A DNA stretch of 64,000 nt from Candidatus Sericytochromatia bacterium. Its GTDB lineage: Bacteria; Cyanobacteriota; Sericytochromatia; S15B-MN24; VGJW01. Shown here one piece after another: positions 48,739 through 58,559 of this stretch. The notes below the pieces were generated by a model. The model had not been told where the DNA came from. It saw only the letters and a list, made by a program, of their open reading frames with translations, and searched no databases. Location of the stretch: assembly GCA_035285865.1 (NCBI GenBank), contig JAYKHS010000004.1, positions 64,824 through 128,823 of the forward strand, written 5' to 3'. The position numbers and the translations under genes were made by a program. Each line of letters opens with the position of its first letter. Position 1 is the stretch's first letter.

Positions 48739-49439
48739 AGACGGTGGATGACCTTATTCCGGTCGATTCGGAACTGCGGCCCCCATGTTCCGTCCGGGGC
48801 CTCCTTGCCTGCGGCGACGACCATGACGACGCGGGCCGAGCTGCCAAGGCGCAGCAGGTGCTTCACCCGCCATTCGTCGAAACCTTCCATCATGCAGCTC
48901 GAGTAGCCTTGGGCCGACAGCGCGAGCACGAAGTTCTCCGCCGCAAGTGCCGCTGATTTGATGGCCACCTCCTGACCGTCGCGGCGGCTGTGCGGGCCGC
49001 GTGGCATGGGTCGGAACAATCCGGGCAGGAAGCTGACCAGCCACTTGATCGGGGCCATCGCGTTCAGGAAGCCCCAGCGATAGGTGAAGGGGACCAGCTT
49101 GTCGTAGTAGAGCTTGACCGGGGCCGGAGCCTCCACTTCGCGGACGTAGGCCTGGACATCCGGCAGGCTGCGGCGCCATGCCGCGGGGTCAGCCACGATG
49201 ACCAGCAGTTCCGCGGCCGTGCGCGCGGCCGACTGGCTCAGGCACAGGTGGACGAGCCGGTCCCTTCTCTCGGGTGACCGCACCCAGTAGAAATCCCACG
49301 TCTGCATGTTGGACGAGTTGGGCGCGAGCAGGGCAGCGTCCAAAGCCTGCTCGATGACGGATTCCGGGACGGGCTCGGGCAGGAAACGGCGGATGCTGCG
49401 GCGAGCGCGAACGGCGTCGAAGAATTCCATGTCCGGCAT
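48735..49439 (-). CDS. Nitroreductase family protein
   Basis: RRSIRRF, APNSSNMQTW, SCMMEGFD. Confidence 0.9.
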   Translation of the reverse strand: MPDMEFFDAVRARRSIRRFLPEPVPESVIEQALDAALLAPNSSNMQTWDFYWVRSPERRDRLVHLCLSQSAARTAAELLVIVADPAAWRRSLPDVQAYVREVEAPAPVKLYYDKLVPFTYRWGFLNAMAPIKWLVSFLPGLFRPMPRGPHSRRDGQEVAIKSAALAAENFVLALSAQGYSSCMMEGFDEWRVKHLLRLGSSARVVMVVAAGKEAPDGTWGPQFRIDRNKVIHRL

Positions 49440-49472
49440 GGTAGCCTGTCGCGATTATCGGGCGGGCACGTT

Positions 49473-50003
49473 TCAGGCGCGCAGGAAGGTCAGTTGGACG
49501 AGGCCGCCCGCAAGGACCCGGGTGCTCTTCAGGACGAGGGGAATCCGACCCTCGAGGCCGCTGAACAGCGGGATGCCCCTGCCGAGCAAGATCGGCACCT
49601 GCGTCAGGCACAGCTCATCCACGAGCCCTGCCGAGAGGGCCTGGCGGATGAGTTGACCGCCGTCCACGTAAAGGTCCCGTCCCTCTGCGGCCTCGAGGCC
49701 GCTGGCGACGAGGTCGCGAATGTCCCCGGACCGGGGCTGGCCGCGGCCAGCCGGAACGGCAAGGGGCCGGTGCGTCGCGACCAGAACGGCGCGGTCGCCA
49801 TAGGGCCAAGGACCGTCGAAGCCCATGACGACGTCCCATGTCCGGCGGCCCATCAGCAGGGCGCCGACGTCGGCGAGGAAGGCCCCGAAGCCCCCGTCGT
49901 CTCCGGCGTCCGTGGGTTGTGGCAGCCACGACAGGTCGTCGTTGTCGCCGGCGATGAAGCCATCGAGGCTCGTGGCGATGAAGACGCGGACGCGACCGGG
50001 CAT
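49473..50003 (-). CDS. Dihydrofolate reductase-like (RibD C-terminal) protein
   Basis: IATSLDGFIA, MGRRT, DGG, GLVDEL, P.LLG.GIPLF. Confidence 0.9.
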   Translation of the reverse strand: MPGRVRVFIATSLDGFIAGDNDDLSWLPQPTDAGDDGGFGAFLADVGALLMGRRTWDVVMGFDGPWPYGDRAVLVATHRPLAVPAGRGQPRSGDIRDLVASGLEAAEGRDLYVDGGQLIRQALSAGLVDELCLTQVPILLGRGIPLFSGLEGRIPLVLKSTRVLAGGLVQLTFLRA

Positions 50004-50050
50004 GATGGGGACGGTAGGCTCCCGTTGCCACGGGGTCAAGCGAGCGGAGG

Positions 50051-50581
50051 ATGTCGGTGACGTTTCATGAAGCCTTGGTGACCTACTTCCAAGGGGAAAA
50101 GATCGAGGCGCTGGTCTTCATCCTGCCCGTGGGGCTGTTGAGTCTGGTCTTCGGGGCGTGGCTTTTGCTGGACGGTCGGGAAGCCTTCATGCGTGGCGTG
50201 GCCTTGCCCTGCCTGGTCTTCGGTGCGGTCCTGGCCGTGACCGGGGGGACGGTCGGCTTCCGGACGCCGGCTCAGGTCGAGCGCCTCGAGACGGCCCTCG
50301 AGCAAGCACCTGCGCCGGCACTCGTGGCCGAGATCCAGCGCATGGATCGGGTCAACCGCAATTGGTCGAGATATGTCGCGGCCTACGTTTTCCTCGTGGT
50401 GCTCGGGTTGGGGCTGCGTTTCGGACTGCGGACGGAGTTCGCGCATGGCGTGGCCGCGGCCTTGCTGTTGTATGCCGGCATGGGTTTCGTCATCGACGGT
50501 TTCGCGGAGCGACGCGCGATGGTCTGGACGGAGACCTTGCAGCAGGCCGCCATGGAAGGGCAGGAGGAAGTGGCGGATTAG
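50051..50581 (+). CDS. Hypothetical membrane protein
   Basis: GGAGG RBS; YF.GEK, four TM helices, FAERRA. Confidence 0.7.
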   Translation: MSVTFHEALVTYFQGEKIEALVFILPVGLLSLVFGAWLLLDGREAFMRGVALPCLVFGAVLAVTGGTVGFRTPAQVERLETALEQAPAPALVAEIQRMDRVNRNWSRYVAAYVFLVVLGLGLRFGLRTEFAHGVAAALLLYAGMGFVIDGFAERRAMVWTETLQQAAMEGQEEVAD

Positions 50582-51097
50582 GTGGCTGCCCGGGTGCCTC
50601 TCGTCCTTCCTGTGGGGGCATTGCTGGCCGAGGGCGGCGAAGGCTTCGTGCGCCACGGTCCTGAACGCTTGCAGCTGGTCTGGACGCGGGAAGTCGTCGT
50701 ACGGGTGACGCCTTGTGATCCATCGGAGGCCCGGAGTTCGGGTGCCGATGCCCGTGCCATGGCACTTTGGCAGGAGTTGCTGCGGTTGCAGGCCGACCCG
50801 GAAGCCATGGACCGACTTCTGGTGCCTTCCACATCAGCCTTCCGGCATCGCGTCCTGCGCGCCGTGATGGACCTCGCGGTCGGTACGGTGGTGTCCTACG
50901 GCAGTCTGGCCCAGCGGATGGGTATCCCGGAGGCTTGCAGGGCCGTTGCAGCCGCCGTCGCGTCGAACACGCTGGCCGTCGTGGTGCCGTGTCATCGGGT
51001 CATCCGGGCGGACGGGACGGTTGGTGGCTATCGCTGGGGCGTGGCAGCCAAGCTTCGCCTGCTCGAGGCCGAAGGCATCATCCTCGGTTCGCCTTGA
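50582..51097 (+). CDS. ogt: O6-methylguanine-DNA methyltransferase
   Basis: SYG.LA, RAVA, PCHRV, GGYRWG..K..LL..E. Confidence 0.9.
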   Translation: MAARVPLVLPVGALLAEGGEGFVRHGPERLQLVWTREVVVRVTPCDPSEARSSGADARAMALWQELLRLQADPEAMDRLLVPSTSAFRHRVLRAVMDLAVGTVVSYGSLAQRMGIPEACRAVAAAVASNTLAVVVPCHRVIRADGTVGGYRWGVAAKLRLLEAEGIILGSP

Positions 51098-51824
51098 GCA
51101 GGCGCCGCTGCAGGTCGGAGGGCATGGCCTCGGTGGCTTTGCGCAGCCCCTCGCGTGTCAGGCGGTGTCCGTTCGTTTCGAGAAAGAGGATGACCCGTTC
51201 GCAATCGGCCCGGGCCAGTTCGCGCAGGACCCAGCCCGCGCCCGTGTGCACGAACCGATGCGGGTGCACGAGGTTGCGGTCGCAGGTATCCAGCATCAGC
51301 TCGGCAAAGCCCGGGAAGTTGTCTTCGCCTCGGGGGGCGAGGCGGACGAGGCCGACCATCGAGGCCCGCACGCGCCACACGCCGGGTGCGTCCGACCATG
51401 CGCAGAGCGCGCGGGCAGTGCCGGCGTCCGGCAGGGTGCGCGCGACCAGCTTGCCAAGCACCTTCACGCAGAGCCAGTCGCAGGTGTTCCAGTCGGCCAC
51501 GTGTCCTTCGTCGAAGGCCTGGGCCAGTTCGGGCAGGGTTTCTGGCCCGACCCTGTCGCCGGCGATCTCGTCGAGCAGCAGGATGCCTGCCAGCTTGTCC
51601 TCGCCGAACGGCTGAGCGAGCAGTTCCAGGGCCAATGCCACAGGATCCAGCGTGCGCGCTTCCTCGCGCCACCAGGTGTGGACCGTCTTGCGGATATCGC
51701 GCATCGCGACGCCCCGGAAGGGCAGCGCGCCACGCATGTAGGCATTCCAGAAGGCGTGGCTGCCCTCGGCCCTCACCTTATGCAGACGGGCAACCAGGCT
51801 CCCGACGAGGGCCGGTTCTTCCAT
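51078..51824 (-). CDS. DNA alkylation repair protein (AlkD-like)
   Basis: AYM..FRGV, WNTCD, W.VRAS, GAGWVLRE. Confidence 0.8.
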   Translation of the reverse strand: MEEPALVGSLVARLHKVRAEGSHAFWNAYMRGALPFRGVAMRDIRKTVHTWWREEARTLDPVALALELLAQPFGEDKLAGILLLDEIAGDRVGPETLPELAQAFDEGHVADWNTCDWLCVKVLGKLVARTLPDAGTARALCAWSDAPGVWRVRASMVGLVRLAPRGEDNFPGFAELMLDTCDRNLVHPHRFVHTGAGWVLRELARADCERVILFLETNGHRLTREGLRKATEAMPSDLQRRLLKANRG

Positions 51825-51869
51825 GACGTGGGCATACCCGATGGCGGGCAACCGTGGTTACATGACGCC

Positions 51870-52850
51870 ATGCCCAAGCCCTTGATGTGCCCCGATTCCC
51901 TGCTGCAGACCGACCTTGCCGGTCGCGTGTACGTGGTGACCGGGGGCAATTCCGGCATCGGCCGTGTCACGGTGGAACAGCTTGCCCGCCAGGGGGCGCA
52001 CGTCGTCCTCGCGTGCCGTCGCCCGGTCGAGGGGGAGCGGGTGCGGGCCGAAGTGCTGGCCGGGGGACCGAGGGGGACGATCGAGGTCGCGGAACTGGAC
52101 CTCGCAAGCCTGGACAGCGTGCGCAGCTTCGCGGCCGTGGTCCGCGAGCGACACGCCCGCATCCACGGGCTCGTCAACAACGCCGGTGTCATGAACACCC
52201 CGTTCGGTCGTACGCGCGACGGCTTCGAGACCCAGTTCGGCACCAACCACCTCGGACACTTCCTGCTGACCGAAGAACTGCTGCCCGCAATCGTGGCCGC
52301 GGCGCCTGCGCGCATCGTCAACGTCTCCAGTTGCTATCACGACAAGGCGCAGGGACGGCCCGGCAGCATCGATTTCGAGGACCCCAACTTCGATCGACGT
52401 CCCTACGACGGCTGGTCGGCCTATGCCCAGTCCAAGCTGGCCAACCTGCTGCATGCGCGACATCTGGCCAACAGGCTCGCCGGCAGTGGCGTCACCGCCG
52501 TCAGCGTGCATCCGGGGTGGGTGCGGACGGCACTCATCAAGAGCTTTGCTCCCGTCTGGGTGCAGGATGTCCTGTTCCGGCCGGTGCTGCGCCTCGCAGG
52601 CATGATCGAGCCGTGGGAAGGCACGCAGGTCACGCTGTATGCGCTGCTGGCCCCCGAGGTCGAAGCGCACCCCGGTGCTTTCTTCAGTCAGCTGGGCATG
52701 TATCGCGACCGCCGGGCCAATGGCGGTGGCCTGCCGCTCCAGTCACCCAATCCCGAGGCTCACGATGATGGCGTGGCGGCGCGACTGGACGAACTTAGCC
52801 GTCGGCTCGTCGGGCTGGCGTCGGCACCGGAGCCTGCGCCCGTCGGGTGA
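51870..52850 (+). CDS. Short-chain dehydrogenase (retinol dehydrogenase-like)
   Basis: TGGNSGIG, NNAG, NHLGHF, YAQSK, HPG. Confidence 0.9.
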   Translation: MPKPLMCPDSLLQTDLAGRVYVVTGGNSGIGRVTVEQLARQGAHVVLACRRPVEGERVRAEVLAGGPRGTIEVAELDLASLDSVRSFAAVVRERHARIHGLVNNAGVMNTPFGRTRDGFETQFGTNHLGHFLLTEELLPAIVAAAPARIVNVSSCYHDKAQGRPGSIDFEDPNFDRRPYDGWSAYAQSKLANLLHARHLANRLAGSGVTAVSVHPGWVRTALIKSFAPVWVQDVLFRPVLRLAGMIEPWEGTQVTLYALLAPEVEAHPGAFFSQLGMYRDRRANGGGLPLQSPNPEAHDDGVAARLDELSRRLVGLASAPEPAPVG

Positions 52851-52878
52851 TGATGCCGCTGGGTGCCGCCTCGCGGAC

Positions 52879-53268
52879 TCAGGCCATCAGGAGCCATAGG
52901 CCCCAGCCCAGCTGGGCCAGCCAGAGCACGTGCACGACGGCGAGCCCCGGGCCGAACAGCGGTTGTCGTCCACCCGCCAGAAGCACGCCATACATCACGA
53001 CGTAGACGCCCATCGTGGCCAGCACCACGTCCCGCTGAAGTGCGTCTGGCCAAGCCGCAGCCCGCACCATCAGGAAGCCGAGCGCAAGGTTGCATGCCGC
53101 GGCCCAAGACAGCCACAACCTGCCGAGGGGTCCGGGACTCCAAGGTTGCGACAGGATCCGCGTCCACGCATGCAGCAGCGCATGGGCCATGTTCGGATGC
53201 AGCAGAGCAAACAGCACCAGTGAGCCCAGGACGTTGTACCAGCCGATCCAGACCAGAAAGGTCGTCAC
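52879..53268 (-). CDS. Hypothetical membrane protein
   Basis: Four hydrophobic helices; follows the DoxX gene in the same direction. Confidence 0.6.
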   Translation of the reverse strand: MTTFLVWIGWYNVLGSLVLFALLHPNMAHALLHAWTRILSQPWSPGPLGRLWLSWAAACNLALGFLMVRAAAWPDALQRDVVLATMGVYVVMYGVLLAGGRQPLFGPGLAVVHVLWLAQLGWGLWLLMA

Positions 53269-53286
53269 GTCGGCTTGATTCGCTGG

Positions 53287-53685
53287 TCAGGCGGCCGGGA
53301 CGGCCATCGGTGCGGTCAGCTTGCGGGACTCGGGGCGCAGCCACCAACTGGCGAGTACGATGCTCACGATCACGACCGGTGCCAAGGCCTTTGCCGGGGG
53401 ATCTCCAGCCAGGACGTGGCTGGCAACCGCACCGGACATCGCGAAGAACACCCCTGCGTAAGCCCACTCCTTAAGCCGAGGCAGGCCGGGGGCCAGCAGG
53501 GCGGCAGCGGCCAGAACTTTCCACGACCCCAGGATGACGGGGAAGTAGGTCGGATAGCCCAAAGCCACGAGGGCCTCGACCACCTGGGGGGCTCGCGTCA
53601 GGTTTCCCATGCCGGAGCCGGCCAGCATCAGGCCTGCCAGTGCAGTGGTCAGCCAGTAGAGGATGGTGCGGATTCTGGGGGACAT
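53287..53685 (-). CDS. DoxX-like family membrane protein
   Basis: YW..T, LGYP.Y, RLKEWAYAG, SH. Confidence 0.9.
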   Translation of the reverse strand: MSPRIRTILYWLTTALAGLMLAGSGMGNLTRAPQVVEALVALGYPTYFPVILGSWKVLAAAALLAPGLPRLKEWAYAGVFFAMSGAVASHVLAGDPPAKALAPVVIVSIVLASWWLRPESRKLTAPMAVPAA

Positions 53686-53776
53686 GGCCGGGACTCCAGG
53701 GTGTTGGCTTCAGGATACGCAAGTCTACACGGGGCCGTTGATGTTCGCCGGTTGTCAGGTCCGCAGCCGTCGCCCC

Positions 53777-56413
53777 TCAGCGATCCTGTGGAATCTCACC
53801 TGCCAGCGCCTCCGCGGGTATCCGCTTGATCTGACGATTGCCCATGTCCAGGAAGTACAGCGCGCCGTCCGGGCCGAACACCGGGTCGCGTGCCCCGCTG
53901 ACGCCGTCATCGACGCCCGTGCCCGAGAAGAAACGTCCACCGGGTCCAGCGAGGATCTCGGTGATGCCGGTCGTTCGATGCCTGCGCACGAGGCTGCCTT
54001 TCCAGCCAGGCAGGCCGCCCTCGTTGAGGCCCAGCCCCTCGTAAAACCATCCGCGCGCATCGACGGCTTCGGGGAAGATGGCGTCTTCGGGCAAGGCGGG
54101 TTGCACCACTCCGTCGCGCACGGGCAGGACCTGACTCGTGCGTTTGTATTCCGGGCCGCTGCCGTAGGAGACGTTTTCCACGTGCATGGTTCCATCCTGA
54201 TCGAAACCGATGCGACTCAGGCCGAAGTAGGGGGCGTCATCGCCCAGCACTTCACGGGAGATGCCTTCCCGATTGATGGCTAGGATTCGCTTGGGGCCAA
54301 GGAAGGTGTACTCGGACACGAACAGGTCGCCCTGCGGCCCCACGGCCATGTTCCAGATATCCCGTTCGGTTTCAAGCTGCAGCACGGCCTTTCCGTCAAG
54401 TCCCACGCGGTAGATGCGTTCGCGATGCTGTGGACCCAACGTGTCCTGACCGTCGCGGGCGTGCACGAAGATCCGGCCGTCGGCCGGGTCGACCACGACT
54501 GCCTTGGGCACGTATCCGGCACTTTCCGTGGCAGCGGGATCCAGCGACCCTGCGGGAACCAGGGGCATGGCCGACTTCCCCGGCACTTGCAGCACCAGGT
54601 CGTCGCCGTCCACGATGACGAGTCGTCCATCCGGCAGGATTGAGAAGCTTCGGGGTTCCCGAACGCCTGCCGAGGTGTCCGGCGTCTGCTGCGCATCGAG
54701 GCCGGCCACCACGGACCAGATTCCGTTTTCCAGACGTTCGACTTTGCGGGTTTGTGCGATGACGAGGCGTCCCTCACCGTCCACCAGCAGCGGATCCCAG
54801 TTGCCGATGAAGCGCCGAGGCGTTGCCTGTGCCGAGGCCGTGGCTTCCGGATACGACAGGACCCTGAAGCTGTTGTGGCCATCGAACATGACGACGCGAC
54901 CGTCCGGAGTAAGCAGCGGTCCGGGCAGGCCATAGGGCTGGCCGTCGAACCAGCGTTGCATCGCCCCCGTGTCTGGATCGACGTCCAGAACGCGTCCCGA
55001 CATCCACAAGCTGGTGGCGAGGCGCACGCGACCGTCCGGAAGCAAGGCTGCCTGGGTGATCGCGGGCGGATAATCGGGAAGGCTCCAGTCTGCGGCCAGC
55101 GACAGCGCCGACAGCCGTCTGGGAGCCGTTCCGGGGTCAAGTTCCCAGAACGTCGCCATCTGGTCGAGGGCGGTGCTGATAAGCAACAAACGTTTGCCGT
55201 CGAGCGGCAGGGCGGCCTCGAGGCCGACGATGCCGTGCTCGATGGCCTCCAGCGTGCCACTTGGCGACAGGCGCCACAGCAACGGGGTGTCGTTCGGCTT
55301 GCGATCCTCCTCGAGCAGGATCAGGCTGCCGTCGGCCTTCGCAGACATCTTCGCCACCATGCCGATTTCCGGTTCCACGCGGGTGTCTCCGGACGCGACG
55401 CGGCCCACCAGCGCGCGCAAGGTCCCGTCGACTCTCAGCCACCATATCCGCTTGTCATCGGGGCAGTTCAGGTAGAGTCCGCCATCCGGAGCCGTCAGCA
55501 TGTCGCGGACGTCGGAGAGGGCCACGCGTGTTGCTGGCTCTCCATCTCCGAGATTCGACAGGCCGGCGACCACGAGCAGCTTGCGCAGCGTCTCGAAGCC
55601 TGTCTTGACGGTCTCGTGTCGGGCCTGAAGGCGCCAGACGGCCTCCACGACGGTGCGCGAGTCGAGTCGACTCTTGTCCGCCAAGAGGTCTGCGGTGTCC
55701 GCGATGACGGCCTGGGTGCGCGCAACGGCATCGGCTTCGATGGAGGCAGGCATGCGCGCGAGGGCGGCTTCCGGCGCCGGTTGGTCAGAGAGGTACTGGT
55801 CCAGGCAGTAGCGCGCCACGAGGGTGGTGCTGATATCCACATCCGCGCTGATGGAGGAGACACTGTTCAAGTCCGCCGCCACGAGCCGCGCGAAGGCCGT
55901 GCTCTGGTCCTCGCCCACGAGAAGTCTCGCCGGACGATTCTCGGCGGGACGGGCAAGCGTGTAGCGCCCTGTCGCGTCGGTTCTTGCCGTTACGGCAGAT
56001 CCGTCGGTATCGAGGACCGGATTTCCCCGCACGTCCACGAGGGCGACCCGGACTCCGGCAAGGGGTTGTTGTGCGAGGCTGCCGGTCTGTGTCCTGCGGC
56101 GGGGATTCGGAGCCGTGGCCAATCCCCCGGCATGGTTGCCCACGAGGCCAGCCGCATTGTTCGCCACCAAGGTACCGCCGAGTACCGCCGCAAAGGATGG
56201 CGGCACCCGGACCTCGCCCGCCAGGAAGCCGCGTCTCGCGCTTTCTCGAGTCGATTCCGAACCAGTGGGTGTCGCGATCGTGCCGATCGGGAGCAATCCC
56301 CCGAGGACCGGGCTGCGTGCAAGGGTTTGTCCGGTGCCGCCTTGACAGGCGACGAGCGCAAGCAGGATGACGGCTCGGAGGAACTGCCGGACTTGCGAGG
56401 ACCGATAGGGCAT
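53777..56413 (-). CDS. Large surface lipoprotein with beta-propeller (NHL-like) repeats
   Basis: LALVAC lipobox; ANNAAGLVGN motif; TDATGRYTL; GDGEPAT; FGPDGALYFLD..N..IKR. Confidence 0.75.
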   Translation of the reverse strand: MPYRSSQVRQFLRAVILLALVACQGGTGQTLARSPVLGGLLPIGTIATPTGSESTRESARRGFLAGEVRVPPSFAAVLGGTLVANNAAGLVGNHAGGLATAPNPRRRTQTGSLAQQPLAGVRVALVDVRGNPVLDTDGSAVTARTDATGRYTLARPAENRPARLLVGEDQSTAFARLVAADLNSVSSISADVDISTTLVARYCLDQYLSDQPAPEAALARMPASIEADAVARTQAVIADTADLLADKSRLDSRTVVEAVWRLQARHETVKTGFETLRKLLVVAGLSNLGDGEPATRVALSDVRDMLTAPDGGLYLNCPDDKRIWWLRVDGTLRALVGRVASGDTRVEPEIGMVAKMSAKADGSLILLEEDRKPNDTPLLWRLSPSGTLEAIEHGIVGLEAALPLDGKRLLLISTALDQMATFWELDPGTAPRRLSALSLAADWSLPDYPPAITQAALLPDGRVRLATSLWMSGRVLDVDPDTGAMQRWFDGQPYGLPGPLLTPDGRVVMFDGHNSFRVLSYPEATASAQATPRRFIGNWDPLLVDGEGRLVIAQTRKVERLENGIWSVVAGLDAQQTPDTSAGVREPRSFSILPDGRLVIVDGDDLVLQVPGKSAMPLVPAGSLDPAATESAGYVPKAVVVDPADGRIFVHARDGQDTLGPQHRERIYRVGLDGKAVLQLETERDIWNMAVGPQGDLFVSEYTFLGPKRILAINREGISREVLGDDAPYFGLSRIGFDQDGTMHVENVSYGSGPEYKRTSQVLPVRDGVVQPALPEDAIFPEAVDARGWFYEGLGLNEGGLPGWKGSLVRRHRTTGITEILAGPGGRFFSGTGVDDGVSGARDPVFGPDGALYFLDMGNRQIKRIPAEALAGEIPQDR

Positions 56414-56546
56414 CAGCAGGTTCTTACCCCTTGGCACCCTGAGGCCGGGCCATGGCCCGGATCACGACGATGCGATCCAGTCGCCAAGGATCTCCTTCCT
56501 CTCCAAGTGCTTGCGTGATTCACGCGACCGATGGTCCGAGGAGACC

Positions 56547-57197
56547 CTACAGCACGACCCTGAGCTTGGCGTGACGGCCGAATCCGTGCGTCAGGTCGGC
56601 AAAGGAGTCCGGCTCGTAGCGACCGGTAAGCGGATCGCTGTCGACGGTCATCTGGAGGAGGTCTGCGTGTTCGCGGAACAGGCGTTTGAGATCTGCCTCG
56701 GTGCCGATGAAGACGGCTGGCACCGTGGCGGGCGCCCCCCTGAAAAACTGGCGGATGGTCGGGTCCACGATGACTTCACGGCTGCCTGAACCCTGTGTCA
56801 GATAGTAGTGCGACTTGCCGAAGGCCAGCTTCCCGTCCGTCGTCCGGATGCTGGTGTTGCCGTCCATCTGCGTGAGCCTTGCATCCAGACCGTGCGCCTG
56901 GAGGGCCTCCATCAGCTTGATGGAATAAACGTCGCAGAGTGCTTCGGCCGTGCTCCACGGACCTTCGCCAGCTCGCTCGCGCTCGATGCGTTCCACCAGG
57001 GCCTTGATTCGCTCCATGGCGGCCTCGAGGTGGGCTGTCCCGTCCTGAAGGGACAGTCGGTCAGGACTCATGACGGAATGAGCTTGTTCCTGAGATTCCC
57101 GGCCTCGCGAAGTGGGAGCAGGCTTCGTGACGGATGGGGCATGGGCTGATGCGGAAATCTTGTCCAACCTTACAACCTCGATCTGCCGGGAATGCAC
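56547..57197 (-). CDS. Hypothetical protein with papain/transglutaminase-like Cys-His-Asp pattern
   Basis: ALCDVYS, SHYYL, IVDPTIRQF. Confidence 0.55.
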   Translation of the reverse strand: MHSRQIEVVRLDKISASAHAPSVTKPAPTSRGRESQEQAHSVMSPDRLSLQDGTAHLEAAMERIKALVERIERERAGEGPWSTAEALCDVYSIKLMEALQAHGLDARLTQMDGNTSIRTTDGKLAFGKSHYYLTQGSGSREVIVDPTIRQFFRGAPATVPAVFIGTEADLKRLFREHADLLQMTVDSDPLTGRYEPDSFADLTHGFGRHAKLRVVL

Positions 57198-57435
57198 CGC
57201 ACCAAGGACCTTTTCGCGTTGAAGGACGCTAGCTCGCCATTCGCCTCGTTCCCAGCCACATGACCCGAACGGACACGATCATCTTCTACCTGGTGGTCGG
57301 AAAAAGCGTCTGCCGATGCCGATGCCTGCGGGAATTACGACAGGGACCGGCCTGGGCAGGCGCACGACAGGCGCCGCGGGACTTCGAGCCGTCGTGATTT
57401 GCTGACTTGAGCAAGCAGGCCTGCGCTGCTCGTGG

Positions 57436-58392
57436 CTACCGGGAAGCGCGAGCTTCGACGTGGAAGGCTGCGTCGTAGTGTCGCGTCATCTCGATGCGGC
57501 GGACCACCTGGCCGCCCGCCAGCCTGATTCCGTCGGGAAGCAAGTGCTGCTCGCCATTCTGTCCTCGCGCGGCATGCATGTATATGATCTCGCGACAGGC
57601 TCGTCCTTCCGGCGTTCCGGCCCAAGCCAGCACCGCACGGCCGCTGCTCAGGCCCCGTCCATTGCCATAGAGGCAATCCTGCAACTCCAGCCTGTCACAG
57701 GCCAGGCGCCCCTTCGCGACCAAGGCCGCAATCGCCCGGCCACCTGCGGAATGGGCCGATACCACGAGGCGACGATCTCCCGTGAGTCCCAGACCGTCGA
57801 GCGCATCCTGAGCCACGAGGCCGGGATCCGAGGCTGAGGACCAGTCGGGCGAATAGCCTCCGTGTCCACCCGGCATGCCTTCGTGGTTGCGCGCCTCGCA
57901 AAGCACCAGAACGGCTGGCGGAGGTCCCTCGGCCCGGGCCTTGATGCGTGCCGGCAGGCCACCCCCCGGGTCGGGCCTGGCAGCCGTGCCGTACATGCCG
58001 CCATAGTGCACCACGGCCTCGAAGGGTTGTTCCGGCCGCGCGACAAGTGTTTGCGGAACCACTGCCACGAAAGGAGCCCCGCCATTTCCCGCCGATCGTC
58101 CGACGAGCACGCGAGCACCGCTCTCGAGCAGGGAGCGGTAACTGCTGCGGGCCTGCTCCGCCTCACGCGCCAGCGCCCTGTCCTCGGACCCCCCTGTGCG
58201 CAGCAGGGCAAGGGTCGCCTCGTCCGTCACGTCCACGGGGGCACCGGAGCGTTGTGCCCTCGCCTCTGCGGAAAGTTCGACTCGGTCCGGTCGGCTCAGG
58301 AGCTCAGGGGTTCCCGCGTTTCCTGTTGACGGCAACGAGAGACTGCCCGGCAGCGCACCGAGCCTGCGGGGTACCCCCTGAATACCGTCCAT
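57436..58392 (-). CDS. Hypothetical protein with alpha/beta-hydrolase-like domain
   Basis: Nucleophile elbow SAHSAGG, LQDCLY, C-terminal His; low-complexity N-terminus with DRVELS. Confidence 0.55.
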   Translation of the reverse strand: MDGIQGVPRRLGALPGSLSLPSTGNAGTPELLSRPDRVELSAEARAQRSGAPVDVTDEATLALLRTGGSEDRALAREAEQARSSYRSLLESGARVLVGRSAGNGGAPFVAVVPQTLVARPEQPFEAVVHYGGMYGTAARPDPGGGLPARIKARAEGPPPAVLVLCEARNHEGMPGGHGGYSPDWSSASDPGLVAQDALDGLGLTGDRRLVVSAHSAGGRAIAALVAKGRLACDRLELQDCLYGNGRGLSSGRAVLAWAGTPEGRACREIIYMHAARGQNGEQHLLPDGIRLAGGQVVRRIEMTRHYDAAFHVEARASR

Positions 58393-58559
58393 GAAGCATG
58401 CGTACCCCGGATTGCGATGCGGCTGTCACGACTGGCCTTAAACCTCTGGCCCTGTCTGCACTTGGGGCGGTGCGGTCGGTCGGCTTGGAAGCCTGGGAGC
58501 CGGTTGCGTCCCGTGCCGCGAGCGGCGCAAGATGGCGTGAAAGCAACAGGAGCGCGACC

